A DNA stretch of 62,999 nt, counting the filler, from Sphacelaria rigidula (Eukaryota), in assembly GCA_964200075.2 (NCBI GenBank). It is 7 parts of 7 records of this genome, joined end to end, with 100 filler letters (N's around TTAATTAATTAA, not from the genome) between each part and the next. Parts side by side here need not be neighbours in the genome. Positions count along the whole stretch, not along the records: positions 54,087 to 62,999 come from CAXNAA020009768.1; 6 more parts are not named here. One strand, given 5' to 3'. Made by a program: the position numbers and the translations under genes. Positions 59,285-62,999 of this stretch are shown here, piece after piece. How positions within the stretch are numbered: position 1 is the stretch's first letter; each line of letters begins with the position of its first letter. Below the pieces are notes generated by a model, which was given only the letters and a program-made list of their open reading frames with translations, was not told where the DNA came from and ran no database searches.

Positions 59285-62070
59285 TGAGGTGCCCCACGGG
59301 CGACATTGGCGGATTTTGCGACTACTGTAGCGATTTTGCAGCTGCTCTGTGCACACGTGAGGTTCTTTTCTTCGTTTCGTGTGACAGGTCCACGTGAAAT
59401 TTTGTTTGGCGTAGATTTCGTCACAGTGGGCTGTGCAAAACATTTCGTGAAATTTTCTACACTACAGGACTTTCGACCGCGGGTACGGAGTATATACTTC
59501 GGACTAGAATTATACAAAACGGGAGCAGCTGCCGGTTTTGGACGTGAGCTAACCTTGCCTGCGCTCACTACAGACAGTGCCGCGCAAATGCGTCGTCGCG
59601 AAAGCTCCACCGACAGAACGTCCGTAAAGAGTCTGACCAGCGAAATTATATGGAGCTAGATCAATGATCATGAGACGACAACGTTTCCCTGTGACGACGG
59701 ATCGTGAGCGTCACCCCACCTCAATCCACGAAATACAGCACAGGCACCGTAGGTACGGTAGGTACCCGGTACCGCTATTAGGGACATCTTATACCCTACC
59801 GATACCGGTCCAATCGGCTATTTTAAAATGTCATACCTACGATACCCACGATACCAAGGTATTTCGATACTAACGAGTCAATGAGTAGACATCTCCGTCG
59901 ATCGATGGTTGCGCCGCAGGCAAAAAAAAAGGTTACACGACGCAAACGCCTCTTTTCTTCATGGGAAAAATCAATTAATCATGATTACATCAAGTTATTT
60001 GGACTAGATTGATTTAAGTTGATTAGATTATAAAAATCAACTAATCAGCGAGGCGTTGACGTGATTGTTGATATATATCAAATCAACTTTGAAATCAGAA
60101 TCAATCGTGATTTGATAGTTGATATACAACCGTACTGCCATGATAATTTAGATAGAACCTACCACGGTTTGGACGAATCATTGCCGGTTTGAGCAGCCAA
60201 ATCCACGATTTCTGAGGCCTGATTGCTCGAAATAGAGAAAGAAGTCGACCGCTTGTCAAACAGGTCTCCACGCAACTTTTGCATCATTCCACGTGCCTGG
60301 GCTGCGCGTACCTGGCTTGCAACGCTGAAAACAAAACCTAAGGATTGATTCGTACGGACGAATCAACTAGTCTAAAATCAAGTAATTTCCAGACGACTAA
60401 TCAATTCGTCCGACCGTGGGAAGCTACAGACAGTGCAGTGCAGTACAGTACAGACAGTACAGTATCGTTCACTGTTTCCAACGAAGCACTTCCGGTTTCT
60501 TCTCGATGTTTGTAATGGGGACACACACACAGCACAGTGGGAGAGCACACTCGGCATATTATACACATACTTGGCTGTAGGCTTAGAAGAGGGAAGCCAG
60601 AAGAGAGAGAGGGAGGGAGAGATAGCAACACACAGTAGGACACCGCAACAACAGCAGACCCCAGACGCTTTGCCTTGGGCTGCCGAAATACTGTATGCAC
60701 CTGAGGGAAGGCACTCTCAGTAAACATTACATGAACTCTTGGCTGTATACTGGGAAATGGTGAGGCAGAAAAAACAGGAGGGAGACCAACACAGACAGCG
60801 ATGACCATAGTAGATGCGAACTCCTAGCGGATTTTGACTACAGCCAGGCTCACCTTGCCGATTTTGTGGTCGCGCCCTCCTTATTGTCCGGGGCAAAAGT
60901 TCACGACGCGACGACCCGATTTGAGTTCGCTCGTAGCAGGGTTGGTACGACGTCAACACTTCTTATCCTCAAACTCCGTGCGAAGCGCAGCTCTGCAAGC
61001 ACAGACAGTTCAGCAGTGCAAGGTCGCACCTGTACAGTCTCCATTCGTCACCGTGGAAGCCGAGATACGTCCGCCGCCCGCGGACGTTTCGACCACAAGC
61101 GCCCGTATTACCACCGTTTGTCGACAGTCGACACAGGCATGACGGAGAGTAGTTCGAATCAATCAGATCACGTACTTTAACACCCCCTCCCATATCAGCC
61201 ACGAACGGCGTCGGCACGCACAAGCGAAGCCGAAGAAGAAAGCAGCAATGAAGATGAACCTTCTCTAGGATGTTTAAAGTGATTCGGAGAGCCGGTTGCT
61301 GTGTGTGATGCCTCCAACCTCCAAAAGTGCTTCGTTTGAAGTTGCAACAGTCGAGTCTGAGAAGTTGAATCAAAACCAGTGTTGGTCAAAAGGGGTCGAG
61401 CTGGGCTGTTCTTGAGACCGCTCACAGACAGAAGCGAAACACAACGCCATGAGCACCAATGGAACTGAAACTTCTTGAGGGCATTTCGATTGGTGTTAGA
61501 AGAGCGATGGGATGGTTTTTTCGCGCAGCGCGGCTTCGAATCCATTCCAGAAAAAAAAGTGCGTAGTTCTGGTCTTCGTTGTTAGAGCGGACGGATAGGA
61601 TAGGATAGGACGGGGCATTTTTCAACTTTCGATCTAATAGAACCCTTTTCGACCTAGGGCCTCAAAGGAACAATCCTAACCCTTCGATGACCGGACTCCC
61701 GGAAACATGGTACTTGCACGCAGGGGCCTTTTCGAGAACCGGCATCATTATCGTTTTTTTTCAAGTAAAAATGATGCCGATTGACATAATGGCCCCTTCA
61801 ACACCTCGAGCAGCCCGGAGAACCCTTTTAGCTAAAAAAGTGCAACCGCCACCACAGCATCACTTAACTAGTGAAACAAGATATTTGTGTAACTATGGGC
61901 TACATGTCCCTTCCTTTGTGACCCACGCCGTCGAGCGCTGACCATCGAAGTCTTGTTTGAGATATCTCGGGTTATAGGTTTCGAGGAGCGCAGCAGCGGC
62001 CAGCCCAGCGCTAATGTTCCCCTCTCTGAAACCCATACAATTCATGGTGACTGATGCCGCAAGAGGCGAT

Positions 62071-62517
62071 AAACACGGGATCTTACAAATTGGGGATGGA
62101 TCTTTTATCGGGTATGAGAAACCCGGAGAATTAAGATCTTCGTATCCACACCAAATCTTCAAAATATGGTTCCATTTTTTCACCTACCGGTAGCTATTGA
62201 CAACTGCCACACACCATGGAGATTTGAATCTCGGTAACCAAAATATCGGGGTCCTAAGTGAAAAAACAATTTTGGGGAATTCTGGGTGTCCGAACGGACG
62301 CCAAAATGGTTCCGGAATTAGTTTTTCATCTACGACCCCAACATTTTGGTCATCGAGATCCAAACTTCTAAGGCGTGCAGCAGTTGTCAATAGCTATCAG
62401 TAGGTGAAGAAGTGGAACAATGTTTCGAAGATTTGGTGTGGATACGAAGATTTTAATTCTCCGGGTTTCTCACCCCCAATAAATTATCCATCCCCAATTT
62501 GGAAGATCCCGAGTTGA
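62071..62517. mobile_element. Long palindromic MITE, copy 2
   Basis: Colinear with 16107-16542. Inverted arms CACGGGATCTTACAAATTGGGGATGGA ... TCCATCCCCAATTTGGAAGATCCCGAG. Confidence 0.85.
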
Positions 62518-62619
62518 TAGCTGCTCGCAAACTATGGGAGATTTCACGATATCATCTTGCCTATTCAGAGATGTATCGAGTGGCGCAAGATTCGCACTGT
62601 GAGCTAAGGTCAGCTTTAA

Positions 62620-62890
62620 AGAGTTAATCGATCAAGGGGTGACCTATGTTGAAACGGCACACCTTTTTCCTGGTTTCGATTACAAGAGATCCAATCGTCT
62701 ATCGGAGCTTGAGAACTCCCCCCTGAACGCGTGGTGCGGTCTCCAGGCAACTCCAGAAATCACCCGCCTCACTCGTGTCTTGTTAATCACGACATCATGC
62801 GTTTGATCTATCTGGCTCACGGTCAAATCGTACAATGTCATCCCGAAAACAGCGTACGTCCTTGCCCAGAGATCAGGAACCACGCACCTT
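62620..62890 (-). mobile_element. Possible highly degraded LINE RT remnant
   Basis: YAVFGMTLYDLTVSQ...FRGEFSSSDRRLD loosely resembles the post-ADD region of non-LTR RTs (FGLTVS...YLG). Weak match. Confidence 0.3.
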
Positions 62891-62999
62891 CAACTCGTGG
62901 ACCAACTCATCCCTCCCCCCCCCAGACAGTGTAAAAGCTGTGGCTGTCTCTGGAAGTGGCGATACCTCAGTAAAAAGCAACTCATTGTTGGCTGTCATC

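Larger units (their letters stand above)
57546..60134. mobile_element. hAT-like element hosting nested insertions
   Basis: TIRs TAGGGTTGTATATCAACTA and TAGTTGATATACAACCGTA. TSD CTGTCATG and CTGCCATG (7/8). AATCAAC subterminal motifs at both ends. Confidence 0.85.

Noticed and set aside
58942..59610. 222-aa ORF with internal repeats
   Set aside because: It derives from the GC-rich repeats of the 58954-59284 MITE; no protein motif.

Overview
This window is eukaryotic and repeat-rich, with spliceosomal GT-AG introns. The repeat families and gene style suggest a brown alga (Phaeophyceae, stramenopile); this is an inference. It is not one locus: it is seven contigs of 8916, 8915, 8914, 8914, 8914, 8913 and 8913 bp joined by artificial N44-TTAATTAATTAA-N44 spacers, so no gene-neighbourhood inference is valid across spacers. 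Supported genes: ATG8 exons 1-3, an intact tRNA-Arg(UCG), a sulfotransferase-like gene fragment (NTGRCGSTL), an unidentified minus-strand gene with one exon split by a hAT element, a two-ankyrin-repeat exon, a TBC/RabGAP-like gene, and a divergent UbiA-family prenyltransferase with a signal peptide and DGGGP-synthase-like motifs. Much of the rest is transposon-derived: hAT elements with 8-bp TSDs, TA- and TTAA-flanked MITEs, a tRNA-headed SINE, LINE fragments, and a ~2 kb TG...CA LTR-like repeat. No CRISPR array or prokaryotic system is seen, and I found no multi-gene novel system; the best leads are single genes and TE curiosities.
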